64,000 bases of DNA from Octopus sinensis (lineage: Eukaryota). The translations under genes were made by a program, and so were the position numbers. The notes beneath the pieces were generated by a model. That model worked only from the letters and a program-made list of their open reading frames with translations, made no database searches and was not told the origin of the DNA. Position 1 is the first letter of the stretch; the number at the start of each line of letters is the position of its first letter. The stretch lies in assembly GCF_006345805.1 (NCBI RefSeq), contig NC_043000.1, forward strand, positions 43,028,001-43,092,000, read 5' to 3'. Positions 23,626 through 36,846 of the stretch are shown here, piece after piece.

Positions 23626-23888
23626 TTGGGTGAATCAGGATTGCTGGAGGTGAATGGTTTAACGTCATCTGCTCGTTGTGGATAGACAACATCAGTTGAC
23701 AAGGCAGCAACTAAAGTCTCATCTGGTTGCCTGGAATTTTCAGGGGTGGGATTCACCTTGGTGCCATCTGCAGCAGCGTCACCTTGTTCACAATCAGTCG
23801 GGGAAGCAGGAGCAAAGCCTGTTTCACTAAAGAAGTTCTGTTGAATGAATGGATATATGTCACTTCAAATAATGTTGGATGGCGTCGC
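23626..23888 (-). mobile_element. Inverted 263-bp internal fragment of the pogo transposon at 25460-25722
   Basis: Ungapped alignment, about 17 mismatches by hand count. Confidence 0.9.
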
Positions 23889-24900
23889 AAATATATCTTT
23901 GAGTTGAGTAAAGTCACAGTTAATTAATATGTTCAATCATCTTTAGTTTTATGCGAAGAATAATGGGAGGAAAACTTGATATCTGTCACCAACTGAACAA
24001 AGCTAAGATCGGTATTCAGTCGCTTAGTCTGTTGACTCTGACAGCCGAAGTTTCCTGCTTTGTCCAATCTTGAAAAAATGCCACTGGTTCAGGTAGCCAT
24101 ATCGGCTGAAGCTAACTGAAGGTGGAAACTGTTGACAAGGTTCAGTGTGTGAAAACCTGCTGTAAGCGAAGGCTAATTTAACCTTCGGTGCTTCAATCAG
24201 GCGAATCTATAGGCTAAGGTGAACACTCTGATCACCATGAAGATAAAGTACCAACGACATGATAAAGTAGCTTCTGTAGTATCAGCTTTAGACAAAGCAT
24301 CATTGATATTTATTCCATCAAATTTATTTCACTAAAAGATTTAACCTGGATGGATTACGTTAGCATTAGTCATTAAGCCAAAACTATCTCTCCTTTTCCG
24401 CGTATTTCTATGATTTTTTTTAATGCTTACTACATTATAGTCGCGAACACTATTATTTTTCATATGGTGAACGTATCTGAGTAATTTAACATCAGTAATT
24501 TATTGACTGACATATAGACTGTCCCACTGAGAAGAGTTTCTGTAATTTTAAAATTCATCGTAATTGATCGATTGTCCAATAAGGTCAAAACAGTATTATT
24601 TCAAGTGTTAGCTCAGTATGTTATCTTAAAATAACTAAACTTTACTGCTGCTTGAGTGAAAAATATATACTTACTAAAAATATATAGAGTATATTTTTAA
24701 GAACCTAAGTAACTCACGAGATTAGTTTTCATACTAAAACCAACAACTTTCCATCGAAAGAATCGTTGGCATACTCGAGATAACAGACAGCTTACTGTAG
24801 GAGTTATAATATTTAAATAAAGATAATTACTAGCACTAATATGCTAGCGATGGTTCGTGTCAACCAAAATCTAATTTTAAATTTTTAAAAAGTGAATGTA

Positions 24901-26478
24901 GAGGAAGGCGGGGAAAGTTGACCATAGGGTTAAGTAGAGCCAAAATCTCCCAGCCAATTATGAATGAGTCAACCAGAGTGGTAATACCATTTACGGACGG
25001 CCAATTACATTACTTCAAACCCCACCATATCGTTTTCTAGATTGTAATAGAAACTAATGTTACTGAGCGAAAAATCGTATTTTTAGACATAAAAGTAAAA
25101 AAATGTGTGAAACAGGCAAGTGCATGTTTCTTGCATATGCAGCATAGATATGATGCAGCTATCAGATGACAATTGTTACTCCAGGTATGGGTGCCAACGC
25201 TTGACATAACCTTTCACATAAATGATGTATAGGATAGTTTATATTTGTATATGAAGAAATCTCAGGAAGTTCAGACAACCATAACACCCATATATCTCTC
25301 TCAATGCTGTTAACACTGCAAGGTCTCATGGTGTTTTCCAGCTGATAATACCACCCAACACTTCACATAACCTTCAGCCTCTCGATCGAACAATATATGG
25401 GCTACTTTAAGGCAATCTTCGAAATTCCAACTCTGGTGAACCAAGCCAAAATGATGCTCGCGACGCCATCCAACATTATTTGAAGTGACAGATATCCATT
25501 CATTCAACAGAACTTATTTAGTGAAACAGGCTTTGCCCCTGCTTCTCTAACTGATTGTGAGCAAGGTGACGCTGCTGCTGATGGCACCAAGGTGAATGCC
25601 ACCCCTGAAAATGCCATGCAACCAGATGAGACTCCAGTTGCTGCCTTGTCAACTGATGTTGTTTATCTACAACGAGCAGATGACATTAAACCATTCACCT
25701 CCGGCAATCCTGATTCACCCAATCTGCAGAATGTCATGCCTCGGCCATAAGTATCACCGTCTGATGTTCACCGATTTCCGAAAGCAAAAGCGTTGAAAGA
25801 AAGCCGGTTGCAAAAATGACAGCACAAAGATTCTGGCTGACATCCCAGAACGCCAAGAGCTTGCAGCCTTATTTGAAAACCACAAGCAGAAGGCATCTAC
25901 CAAGAAGCCAAAGAGATGTTTCTTGAAATCTAAAGGAAAAAAAAGCTTGTTCTCTAAGCTCCAAAATTCCTAGTTCCAATGAGGCAGATGATAATTCAGA
26001 AGTTGAGTACGATGTCAATTCGGACGAGGGCAGTGACACTGATATCAATGAACGTGACTTTGTGGTTGTCAAATGTTCTGGGAAATCACAATTTGTGTAT
26101 TACTTGGTCGGGTTATTGTATACAATGAAAAGGAATTTCAGTTTGAAGATGTCTTCCTGCAAAAGGTTGCTCGAAAAATAGGACTTGACAACCCAGTGTT
26201 TGTTCCAAACCCAATGGTTGAAGCAAGCTTTGAACTGGAATACATTGTGTATAAGCTGTCGCAGCTTGAAAACATTGTCAGCTCTGCCAGTTGTTCTGGT
26301 CAGCTTGTGTTTAACTGTGTCTAATCAGTGTGGAAACTTAACTGATTTGATTTCTGACATCTAGTTTCATATCAAAATGATGAAGTTGACATTGACGAGC
26401 AAGATATGCAAGATCATCAGTTATTTCAGTCCTAACTTTCCTAGATCAAAATCTGGCTCAGCTTGCCGCGCCTTCTCC
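24901..26478 (+). mobile_element. pogo/Tigger-family DNA transposon, internally deleted, with transposase pseudogene at about 25274-26324
   Basis: TA on both sides; TIRs gaggaaggcggggaaagttgacc / ggctcagcttgccgcgccttctcc; DNHNTHIS and PPNTSHNLQPLDRTIYGLL (25351-25407) DDE_1 motifs; acidic tract then DFVVVK..YY. Confidence 0.85.
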
Positions 26479-28090
26479 TATGTTGTTGATTAATGTCAGA
26501 TATGATAAGAAAAGTCAACTCAATTTAGCTGCCACATTTTCTAGTCTCAATTAAGCAAAAAGTGTCCCAGATACAACCATTCCTGATCGAAACATTTCAG
26601 CTGTTACAATCCCAATTTTTAAAGCTATGCCGTAGATAAAATTATATTATGCAATATGTCTTGCTTTTAAGAATATATTCAACAATGTCAATCTGTTAGT
26701 GGCCATGGTCTGAAGTGAAAATAGCTGTTATTTCTAGGAGGTGGAGTAACTACGTAGTCTTTCGTTGAGATTACGAGAAGATAAACGTTTCGGGTAATGT
26801 TATTTCTTGTAAGAATACTGTGGTATTGCAGTTTTAAGTTTCCCCATCTACATTCTTAGACAAAACCTCACTGAGATCTATAAAATAAATGCCGGCAAAA
26901 CAATATATACGTGAAATCACGTATGTATTCATTTTCAATACGTTGTGGCAGATTCGAATATAAACTACTGATGGTTATTTTCCGTCATCGGACAACACCT
27001 CTTCTCTTCACACAATGTACGTTCATAATAGAGGCTATTTACTTGTTAAGGAAATTTTGAGACACCTTCATGTTTCAACCCAATTGTGTGTCTTTTACTA
27101 AAACCCGCCTCGCAAGACACATGAATGTAAAAAGGCTATGAGGTCTCCTTTAAAAAAAATCAGCAAACAAATTATTTGCTGATGTGTGCGGGTCTCTGTC
27201 AAACAGATAATATTTCAAGGGGTACGCGCAGAACATTCAAAATCCACACAATATTCTATGCATTCTTTTTAATATGTTCTGTCAGATTAGAATTTGAATG
27301 TCTGATCACTTATCAAAAACGTTAGTCTTGAAATAGGTGACATTGAATAATATGGGATGTACTATTCCTAAAAGAACAAAACCAAAGACAAACAACAACA
27401 GGACATGGCTCGTGCTAGAATTTCTATGACCATATATATACTCTGTCAAAACTGAGTTTGTGCAAAGCAGCACCTCAGCAACAACAGCAGAAACAATAGC
27501 AAATTCGCTACATTTTCTTCCTAACTTCTAGATCATTAACAAAATTACTACAGCACATCACTAGCCGTTTCATCAGAGAAAGGTTGGCAACATCCGCAAA
27601 ACTTTAATCTTTTCAAGGTTTCCGAGGCAGTTGGGAAGGAAAGAGCAAATCTTCCTAAAACTGGAACCCTGGAGAAAACCTTGCAGCAGAATGAACTCCA
27701 CTAAAACTAATCCAGGACCAGCAAGTATTGAGAACTTAAATCTACCAGTCTCTTAAATATCAATCTTTCTTAGTTGAGTTTAATATTCTTTTGAAAACGG
27801 ATGTAAGTCTATAAATAATATTGATAAATACAGATTCGTAGCATTTAAGAATAATGTTAATGATTGCAGACTGATTGTCTGCATTTGAATAAAAAAAAAA
27901 ACACGGTATTAATTATGATTTATAAATTATAGTTTAAAATTTAATAATCTAATAGGAAATGTTAATTATAGTATACAGTACGTTTATGTACGATATTTGA
28001 GTGACAGAATATTGCTAATTATAGATCACTCTTATATAAGTTTTATATTTTATATTTCTTTATATTTATATCTCACACAGTATATATATG

Positions 28091-28290
28091 TTTGTTTTTT
28101 TTTGTTTTCCAGTTTCAGCTCTTGAGCTGTGGCCATGCTGGGGCACCGCATTGTGGTGAAAGAGTACACATAGGGTATTAGCCTCGTAGAGCTTTTAGGT
28201 GTTTTCGCTCATAAACACACACACGCCCGTATGAGAATCGAAACCGCGATCCTGCGACCGCGAGTCCGCTGCCCTAACCACTAGGCCATG
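28091..28290 (-). mobile_element. tRNA-Arg-like SINE head joined to a CR1-type 3' tail
   Basis: Head matches the 35445-35834 SINE; tail ccccagcatggccacagctcaagagctgaaact matches the LINE tail at 40501-40545. Confidence 0.78.
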
Positions 28291-28293
28291 CTA

Positions 28294-28294
28294 G

Positions 28295-28383
<89 letters not shown>

Positions 28384-28396
28384 ATATATATATATG

Positions 28397-28493
<97 letters not shown>
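28294..28493. repeat. (TA)n microsatellite; comparable tracts at about 6460-6540, 9875-9960, 11240-11340, 34250-34390, 50600-50660, 51180-51295, 55446-55570, 60500-60630
   Basis: Direct reading. Confidence 0.97.
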
Positions 28494-28495
<2 letters not shown>

Positions 28496-28816
28496 CTTCA
28501 GATCATACATATATATATATATATGTATGTACACATACCACACACACGTGCATAATTATGCGTATTTACATATTCTATAAATAATGTATACAATGTACAT
28601 ATATATATATTATGTATAATATATATATACATTATGTATGTATATATATATATATATATATATATGTCTGTGTGTGCGTATATATGTATTTGCACACACA
28701 CCACGCATGTACATGTATATATAAATTTATATAAATTATAAATTTGTATGTAGATATATGTATGTATAGATATATCTCTTTATCTCTCTTTCCCTCTCTG
28801 CCTGTCTGCCTATCTC

Positions 28817-28865
<49 letters not shown>

Positions 28866-29074
28866 AAGCATAAAATGGAGAAATATTGATCAACAACAAT
28901 TGACTAACATCAATAATTACGTTTTAATTCAATACGAATAGACAGTAGCCCATCTAACAGCTGTTTCAGTTTCCAATGTTATATTGTATTGCCATTGAAA
29001 AATTCTAAAAATAAACACGATGAATATTATTTTAGAAAAATGAATAGAATAAGATCCGAATATTGGAGGGTGTT

Positions 29075-29161
29075 CCATCTACGGCCGTTTCATGGGTACA
29101 TTACCGGTTATGGGTAAAAATTAAATACTCCATATATGCACTGTCCCTATCATCAGGATGA
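29075..29161 (-). ncRNA. Type-I hammerhead ribozyme motif with long helix II loop
   Basis: Minus strand: UCAUC CUGAUGA UAGGGAC..GUACCCAU GAAA CGGCCG UA GAUGG; palindromic helix III ACGGCCGU; base of helix II imperfect. Confidence 0.72.
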
Positions 29162-29703
29162 TGCCCATCGTACGATGGCACCCAGCATTTAGTTTTCTGA
29201 ACCTTGATAGCTTGCATCGTTTCTACGTTATATTCTAGATGTATAAGACATTTTTAGACGATTTAGGCGGTTTGCTATTTTGAAGGCTGATGTTTTAATT
29301 CCTATATTTATTCCTATATATTATTCTTATATTCCTATTTTTATTCCTGTATTTATCGTTTTGCACCTGCTATATTTATCACGCATAACTCTTTACATAT
29401 AATCTTTATTTATATGTAATTTTACATGTATTTTATGTTTTTATATTTCTTCTCTACTTTTATGTATGTTTGGTTTTATTCTTTATACACTTGAAGAATC
29501 TTTACACCTGTACATGCATGATTTATGTTGATGTGTATAAATATATATGTTTCAATTGCATTTATTGAATATCTTCATTTATACATTCGGGAATCTGTTT
29601 GACTGCCTATGATTTCCGTTTTCAATTTTCTCTGTATTTTTTCGCATTGGCTCTCCATGAGCACTCCGTAAATAGCCCATACTTTCTATACCATACTTAA
29701 TAT

Positions 29704-29805
<102 letters not shown>

Positions 29806-29883
29806 GGGAGTATAACTCCAAACTTACAGGGAAAATTTCAATTTAGTATTAAATCAAATTTCACAGTATTAATATATAAAATA

Positions 29884-30395
29884 CTAGCAGTATCGCCCGG
29901 CGTTGCTCGGGGTTGTAAGGGAAATAACTATATAAGCATTTTTAGAGAGTTACTTCCCTTATAGATACCAATTCGGGCTTTCTTAGCCATTTCTGTTTTG
30001 GTGTCTTCAAGCCATGAAGTCGTTGTTCTGAAAGAACGCTGGTCTCCTTGACAACGCTTTACGACGTTGATTTCCTTAAACTCCCTTCCCCACAGCTTCA
30101 CGAGGGAGGGAAGAAGGGGTAGAAGCAAACACAGGTGCAGGTGTTTGAGCGTGGACGCCAACTCCGCCGCCATTGACACACGAAAAATTATGCATTAAAA
30201 TGGAATAGAAAATGATGTTAAATTATTTTTAAAATCGTAGACTCATCGTTGACGCGCGCTAATAGCCAGACGGGCTTGATATGAATCACAACTATAAAAT
30301 ACCCGAATTTGGTTAAACTGCACCGCAAAATGTGGGAGTAGTTAGGAATCTAAATCGAAGGGGACAGACACTCACACAACTACAGTTTTATATAT
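29884..30395 (-). mobile_element. Non-autonomous Helitron-type element
   Basis: Minus-strand 3' hairpin cccgagcaacgccggg (29896-29911), terminal CTAG then T; 5' end merges into (TA)n. Confidence 0.75.
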
Positions 30396-31599
30396 TTATA
30401 TATATATATATATATCTTAATGCTAATAATGATAACGGTTTCCAAACTAGGCACAATGCCTGCAATTTGGAAAGGAGTTAGTCGTTTAAATACAGCCTAC
30501 TCTAATTCATGTATAATACATTATATCAGCGCGAAACGGATGAAATGCATAATAGACCTTGACAGGATTCCAATGACCGTTGTCTTTTAATACATACAAT
30601 AAACTGATGTAATAAAAATTATGTATTCAAATTTAATAAAAAATGGAGTTTATCGTGTGTACAATGTGTTTTCCCATTGTATCTACCTCTCATTCTGCCA
30701 AACTCTTTCTTTACTCCATCAATTTTTTTCCTGCTTTTTGTCCTTTTCCCATCCAAGCTTCTCTTGTGATGTTTTATGTATAATTCTATCTGAAGTATTC
30801 GTCATCCAGTAAAGTCTTATATATAACTCAACTTTTAGTGTTGAGTACGTTTTTTCCCCTTCCTTTTCACACTTTATAATGCGGACTTAGATATATACAT
30901 ATATGATATATAATGTTAATGCATTGAGAATTAGGTTGTTTTATCTGCTACAAATAATTAAATTAAATTTTTTCTCTAGCATCTAGATTATATACCTTTT
31001 ATAATTATTACAGATATAAAGAGCTATTGAAATATCAGTAAAGAGTAGTAGACGTGCAAGGATTTATGAATAAAAAGCCTATTGATATATGCATATTAAA
31101 TAATCAGGTTATAACAAACGTAGTTATTTTTCTAAAATTAATAATGATACATAGATTTTCTTTGTGTTAGAAATACATAAATTTTAATTAAATGGAATAG
31201 GTGGCATTATTTTCTTTTATATAAATTTGTCAAAAATACATTGATATTTCGATAAGTTATTTATTTTCGTTGTTTAATTTTAGAATAATAATTTTAAGCA
31301 TGCATTTTCGAAAGCCAGATCTTATTAGTATAACGTATGTATCAAGTACGCAGTCAATTCGGGTAAAGCATAAAACTGACTAATCAAAATATTCAGAAAA
31401 AAACTATCGTAAATTCAGTACTAACATGTATAATGTATGCCAAGAAATATTGATTAATTAAAATTGGACATGCGAGAAGACCCAATGATTATGGTAAGCC
31501 AAACTCTTGACGTCTAATTCAAGCGAGACAACTATTATAATTTAAATCAAAAGCAGAATCCAATGACGTTTATGCCCATTTTTATAACTGAAACTTATG

Positions 31600-32060
31600 C
31601 ATTATTCAAGGAAGTTACCTCATAGAATCTAGCTAAAAATAATACGGTAACTTATGACTATAACTGTAATGCAAATTGCAATTGCGTAAATAAGAATAAT
31701 TGTCAATTAGATGCAAATCAGTTAATTAATAATTTAGAATATAAATGTAACATTAGAATTCCCTCTTCTAAATATAAGTTTGACAGCCAATAATACATTT
31801 ATAAGTTTAACAGTCAACAATACGTATAAGTTTAACAGTCAATGAATTAAAGGTTAAATATCATATGCATATTCATTCGTTTCGGAATCTGGCTAGGAGA
31901 AGTTTAAGTTTATTATTGGCATACATCTTTAATTTGAAAGATTGGGAGGCTTTGATAAAGGCCAAATCATAGTCTGGAAATAAATGATCAGAATATTTAT
32001 ACGTTACTGAAGCAAACGAAACTTTTTGGTTAAGCGCTCAGTTCTGAATAGGAATTTTGT
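31600..32060 (+). mobile_element. Decayed Penelope-like element, GIY-YIG endonuclease region
   Basis: NCNCVNKNNCQLDANQLINNLEYKCNI (from 31674) and KYHMHIHSFRN..AYIFNLKD resemble the Penelope CNC..CPL.G.CL..IY and HK.SFRN..SKYIW.LK motifs; stops and a 25-27-bp triplication inside. Confidence 0.55.
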
Positions 32061-32348
32061 AATGAATTCGAGTGGTTAGAGGATTTGAAAAATTACAATT
32101 CAGCTAATAACATATCTAAATGAATGACGGCTATAAGGGTTTCTGTAAAATACAAATTGTCTATCGTGTTTTAATTGGTAACTGTTATAGAGAAAGGAAG
32201 AAGGAGAAAGCCGTGCTGAAGAGAAATTTATGTTTTATTATTGCTGAAGAGAAATTTAGTGAGGATAGGTTTTGCACGTGCTAAATGTTATGCGTGTATG
32301 ATGGAAGGAAGAACACATCGTTCTGAATGACATCTGCTATAAACGTAC

Positions 32349-32576
32349 GGCGAGCTGGCAGAAACGTTAGCACGCCAGGCGAAATGCGTAGCCGTATTTT
32401 GTCTGCCGTTACGTTCTGAGTTCAAATTCCGTCGAGGTCGACTTTGCCTTTCATCCTTTTGGGGTCGATAAATTAAGTACCAGTTACGCACTGGGGTCGA
32501 TGTAATCGACTTAATCCGTTTGTCTGTCCTTGTTTGTCCTCTCTGTGTTTAGCCCCTTGTGGGTAGTAAAGAAATA
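32349..32576 (+). mobile_element. Meta-like SINE, full length (first of tandem pair)
   Basis: Near-consensus head, core and tgtttgtcc tail. Confidence 0.92.
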
Positions 32577-32641
32577 TTTTTCGCCCCTTGTGGGTAGTAA
32601 TAAAATCACATCGTTCTGAATGACATCTGCTATAAACGTAC

Positions 32642-32896
32642 GGCGAGCTGGCAGAAACGCCGTACGTTTCATGCTGGCAGAAACATTAGCAAGCCGGGCG
32701 AAATTCTTAGCGGTATTTCGTCAGTCGTTTGGTTCTGAGTTCAAATTCCGCCGAGGTCGACTTTGCCTTTCATCCTTTTGGGGTCGATAAATTAAGTACC
32801 AGTTACGTACCGGGGGTCGATGTAATCGACTTAATCCCTTTGTCTGTCCTTGTTTGTCCCCTCTATGTTTAGTCCATTGTGGGCAATAAAGAAATA
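32642..32896 (+). mobile_element. Meta-like SINE, full length (second of tandem pair)
   Basis: Near-consensus; 17-bp target atctgctataaacgtac follows at 32897-32913. Confidence 0.92.
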
Positions 32897-32972
32897 ATCT
32901 GCTATAAACGTACCAATCATTTAACCCTGTGGTTTTCAACAATGTTTTGCTTATGAACCACATTCATTACTA

Positions 32973-33215
32973 TGAGTGGGTACTGAATAGGTCCTGGATT
33001 TGGGTAAAAGAAAATACAAGAGGATCAGTTGTGTTTTTATTCAACATATTTCCCTCTCAGATTCACACACTTATTGCAGCAGTCCTTCAGTTTTTCTAAG
33101 CCCTGTTAAAGAACTCGGAACATTGGGCCTCCCACCAGGTCTTTCACGACACCCTTAATGCTAGGAAATTTGCAGCACCCACACCCCGTATTTTACTCCA
33201 CTAAACTTCCGTAGC
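32973..33215 (-). mobile_element. mariner transposon 3' end (transposase C-terminus and TIR)
   Basis: Minus strand QGLEKLKDCCNKCVNLRGKYVE* matches the mariner G..KL..RW.KC....G.YVE end; TA then tgagtgggtactgaataggtcctgg terminus. Confidence 0.75.
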
Positions 33216-33635
33216 CATCCAATGTATATTTAAAAAAAAATCTGCTGTATTTATATAATTAAATATTATTAGGAATTGTATTTAAAAAAATTCAAAAATT
33301 TTGCGTATTGTAGAAGTATATGCAATTTATAACACATAAAGTTTCACAACCAAATCTTATTAGGATCCACAAGGAGCATAGAGACCCCGGTTGTAAATCA
33401 TTGCTTGTAGCACTTCCCTTAGCTATGCTCCTCACATCAATTCCCCTCCTCCTCCCTCTTACTCATGAAAAATGGCTCACCCGTCTATTACAATTTAAGC
33501 AACAAAATTCATATTTCTCTAACAGTTCTCTCCCTTTTTTCTATTAAATTCGATTTTCTCTCCCATTTCCCGTTTTGCACTCTTTTAATTCTCGAGGATG
33601 TGAAGTGTCGCTTTATTATTGAAAGGCTTCTTCTT

Positions 33636-33868
33636 CGTCGTCTTCTTCTTCTTCTTCTTCTTCTTCTTCTTCTTCTTCTTCTTCTTCTTCTTCTTCTTCT
33701 TTCTCTTCTTCTTCTTCTTCCTCTTCTTTTTCTTCTTTTTCTCTTTTTCTTTTTTCTTTTTTCTTTTTTTTTTCTTTTTCTTCTTTCTTCTTCTTCTTCT
33801 TCTTCTTCTTCTTCTTCTTCCTCCTCCACATCCTCCTCCTTCTCTTCTTCTTCTTCTTCTTCTTCTTC
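33636..33868. repeat. (TTC)n-based polypyrimidine tract
   Basis: Direct reading; source of the poly-E/K/R/F ORFs. Confidence 0.97.
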
Positions 33869-34302
33869 GTGTCGCATGGTTTTCAAATGTTTCGAGAAAC
33901 AAATAACAAAAACAAAAAAAAAATCAATATGGTTCTTTGTATTAATTTACCAAGTTTCTTCTGACATATTGCAGTTATATATGTGATGTGATGTGATATG
34001 TGGTGTGTGTGTGTGTGTGTGTGTGTGGGGTGTGTAGGTGCGTGAGCGTGAGTGTAAAAAAAAAATCAAAGTATTTGAAAAAGAAAACTTAAGATAACGA
34101 CAGTTATTTGCAATGCCAGTTCATATTCATTAGTGCAGTGATATGTCATATCTCCCAATCTTTAAGTTTGCCAAGATATACGTACATGCATACATACCTA
34201 TAATATACATACATACATTACATACATACATACCATACATACATACATATATATATTATATATATATATACATACATACATATATATACATACATACCAT
34301 AC

Positions 34303-34361
<59 letters not shown>

Positions 34362-34957
34362 TATATATATTATATATATATATATATATAGCTAAGATCA
34401 TTTTTAAATTCACTTAGTATTTACTCTTAAGATTGCCGTGATGAGATTTAAGCAAATTACTTTGGTTGCACTGCAGAACGCGAGGTGATTTTGTTTTAAT
34501 TTTCTTTGTTTTCTTTTAAGAAAATTAGATGCCTTACTCTAAATGGCTTTATTTTATACTTGGTGCACTCATTTGAAGAATTTCTTTCGTTGATTTAATG
34601 AAAGATTAATGCTAATGATTGGTATAAAACAACAACTTCCCCTCCTTCAAATCTAAACAACTAAGAGCCAAAACAATAAATAAATAAAACGAGAACAAAC
34701 TCAAATTAAACCAAAACTAATACACAAAGAACTAGATAAACAAAGAGACAAACTTGATGCTGTAGAGTATTTCCGATAAAGAAAATAAAAATACGCATTT
34801 AATTACATTACAGATATTTGAAAATAACTTACGTAAATTCAACAACGAAATAGCTTGACCTTAACCTGACTTTCTGTTCTTTTGAGTGGAAACTGTTGAC
34901 GGTATATCAAATAATACAAGTAGATTTCGATGAAGCATTATTTATATTATTTAGTAT

Positions 34958-34990
<33 letters not shown>

Positions 34991-35444
34991 AAATGTATAT
35001 ACATATATCAGTACATAAATATTTCCTTCTAGTGACGTAATGTAATAGGTATGAACGATAAGCATTCTGGCTGGTTTACTGCTAAAACTCCAACTTGAGC
35101 TGTAACTAAAACCGCAGTGGTGTTGTAGCTGCCTAGCAAATAATGGCTATAAATGATTCATCATTGAGCAGGAAGATATACAAAAGAATAAATGAACTAA
35201 TAAAACATCTCGTATCACTTTAGAGCATGCAATTTATAATTCAAACGTAATTCCATAGTTGTTAGAGTAAATAAGGGATCATGAAGTAAGGCATAAAGAC
35301 TTTTAGAGGTGTGTCTAGAATGGCTGTGCATATGGTGTATAGGCCATTGAACAAAGATTTCCATTTAAGCCAACTATTCCCTCTTCAGAAACGAAAAATT
35401 AAGGAATCTCCTTAATAAAGAATTAATAAAGGATATTAGTTACT

Positions 35445-35834
35445 TAATGGATGGAAGCACTCCGTCGGCTACGGCGACGAGGGTTCCGGTTGATCCGAAT
35501 CAACGCAACAGCCTGCTCGTGAAATTAACGTGTAAGTGGCTGAGCACTCCACAGACACGTGTGCCCTTAACGTAGTTCTCGGGGATATTCAGCGTGACAC
35601 AGAGAGTGACAAGGCCGGCCCTTTGAAATACAGGTACAACAGAAACAGGAAGTAAGAGTGAGAGAAAGTTGTGGTGAAAGAGTACAGCAGGGATCACCAC
35701 CACCCCCTGCCGGAGCCTCATGGAGCTTTAGGTGTTTTCGCTCAATAAACACTCACAACGCCCGGTCTGGGAATCGAAACCGCGATCCTACGACCGCGAG
35801 TCCGCTGCCCTAACCACTGGGCCATTGCGCCTCC
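35445..35834 (-). mobile_element. Full-length tRNA-Arg-like SINE (resembles octopus OR-type) with 22-bp TSD
   Basis: A box TGGCCCAGTGG, B box GGTTTCGATTCC; TSD ttaataaaggatattagttact at 35423-35444 and 35844-35865. Confidence 0.9.
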
Positions 35835-36805
35835 GGAAGTTACTTAATAAAGGATATTAGTTACTAGTTCTATCGCTGCAGAGTTAAATAATATCCTTAG
35901 TAAAAGTTAACAGTAGTTACAAATTCTATCGAGGATGGAACTAATAAGTACTGTGATCTTTTACTAAGGATATTCCTTAATTCTTCGACCGTAACGTCTT
36001 ATTCGCGTTTGCTTCAAGCCAGCCATACTCGACTATATCCATGATGAAAGACGTTTCGTTCACTAACTTGGTGATTTTATATTCAGTCGTAGTCTACCTT
36101 CGATGGCATTATCCAATAAATTCATTTAAAAGATATTAAGTTGTTCTTTGAGGAATATTTGACTAACATTTGTAGCAACGTCGAAGCGGCTGAAAATTGG
36201 CTTCACTAACAACTGTTGATTATTATTGTGTTTTAATAGATATCTGATAATATTTGAAAGCCCTTTGGTCAGTATAGCCTAAACTAAGGATAATTTCCAA
36301 AGTCGCTAGACCTACTCTAAATTAATTTCACACAAATAAATACGGCTATGCATTTAGGAGGAACGTTTAATGGATATTATCAATTCTAGTATTTAACGTG
36401 TAACATTCTCTTCTGTCGCTGCGAAAAATGGCTTCATTCAAATAACTGTGAGCTCCTCTTTTGATTTTACTCACGTCCTGAGGGCACAATGTAAATGTAA
36501 TATCGTGACCCACTTCACTGAGGTTTCATCTTACTTGGACACACCTTGGTACTTGTATATATGGTTCTTCCTACATTATGCAATCAGATTCTTCAAGTGG
36601 TGTGAGCTGTGATTTTGAGATAGTAACAAAATAATCTCCACAAGAATAAAGATGATTATTGGTGAATGCACGGCCTCATGGATCTAGGTCCAATCCAAGT
36701 GCGCTGCATCTTGAACAAATCTCTTGTATAATGGCCATTGCTTGACAAATATCTGTGAGAATTTGTGAAATTTGGTTGATGGTATTTGGGTGTAAAGCCA
36801 TCACG

Positions 36806-36846
<41 letters not shown>

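Noticed and set aside
26345-26425. CUGAUGA ... GAAAC..GUC on the minus strand
   Set aside because: Helices I and II do not pair next to the core; likely chance within the pogo element
33465-33986. Poly-E/K/R/F ORFs in several frames
   Set aside because: Produced by the (TTC)n tract; open in most frames, with no domain signal
35760-35834. Possible tRNA-Arg gene
   Set aside because: It has A and B boxes but continues into a SINE body and is bounded by a TSD; no complete acceptor stem
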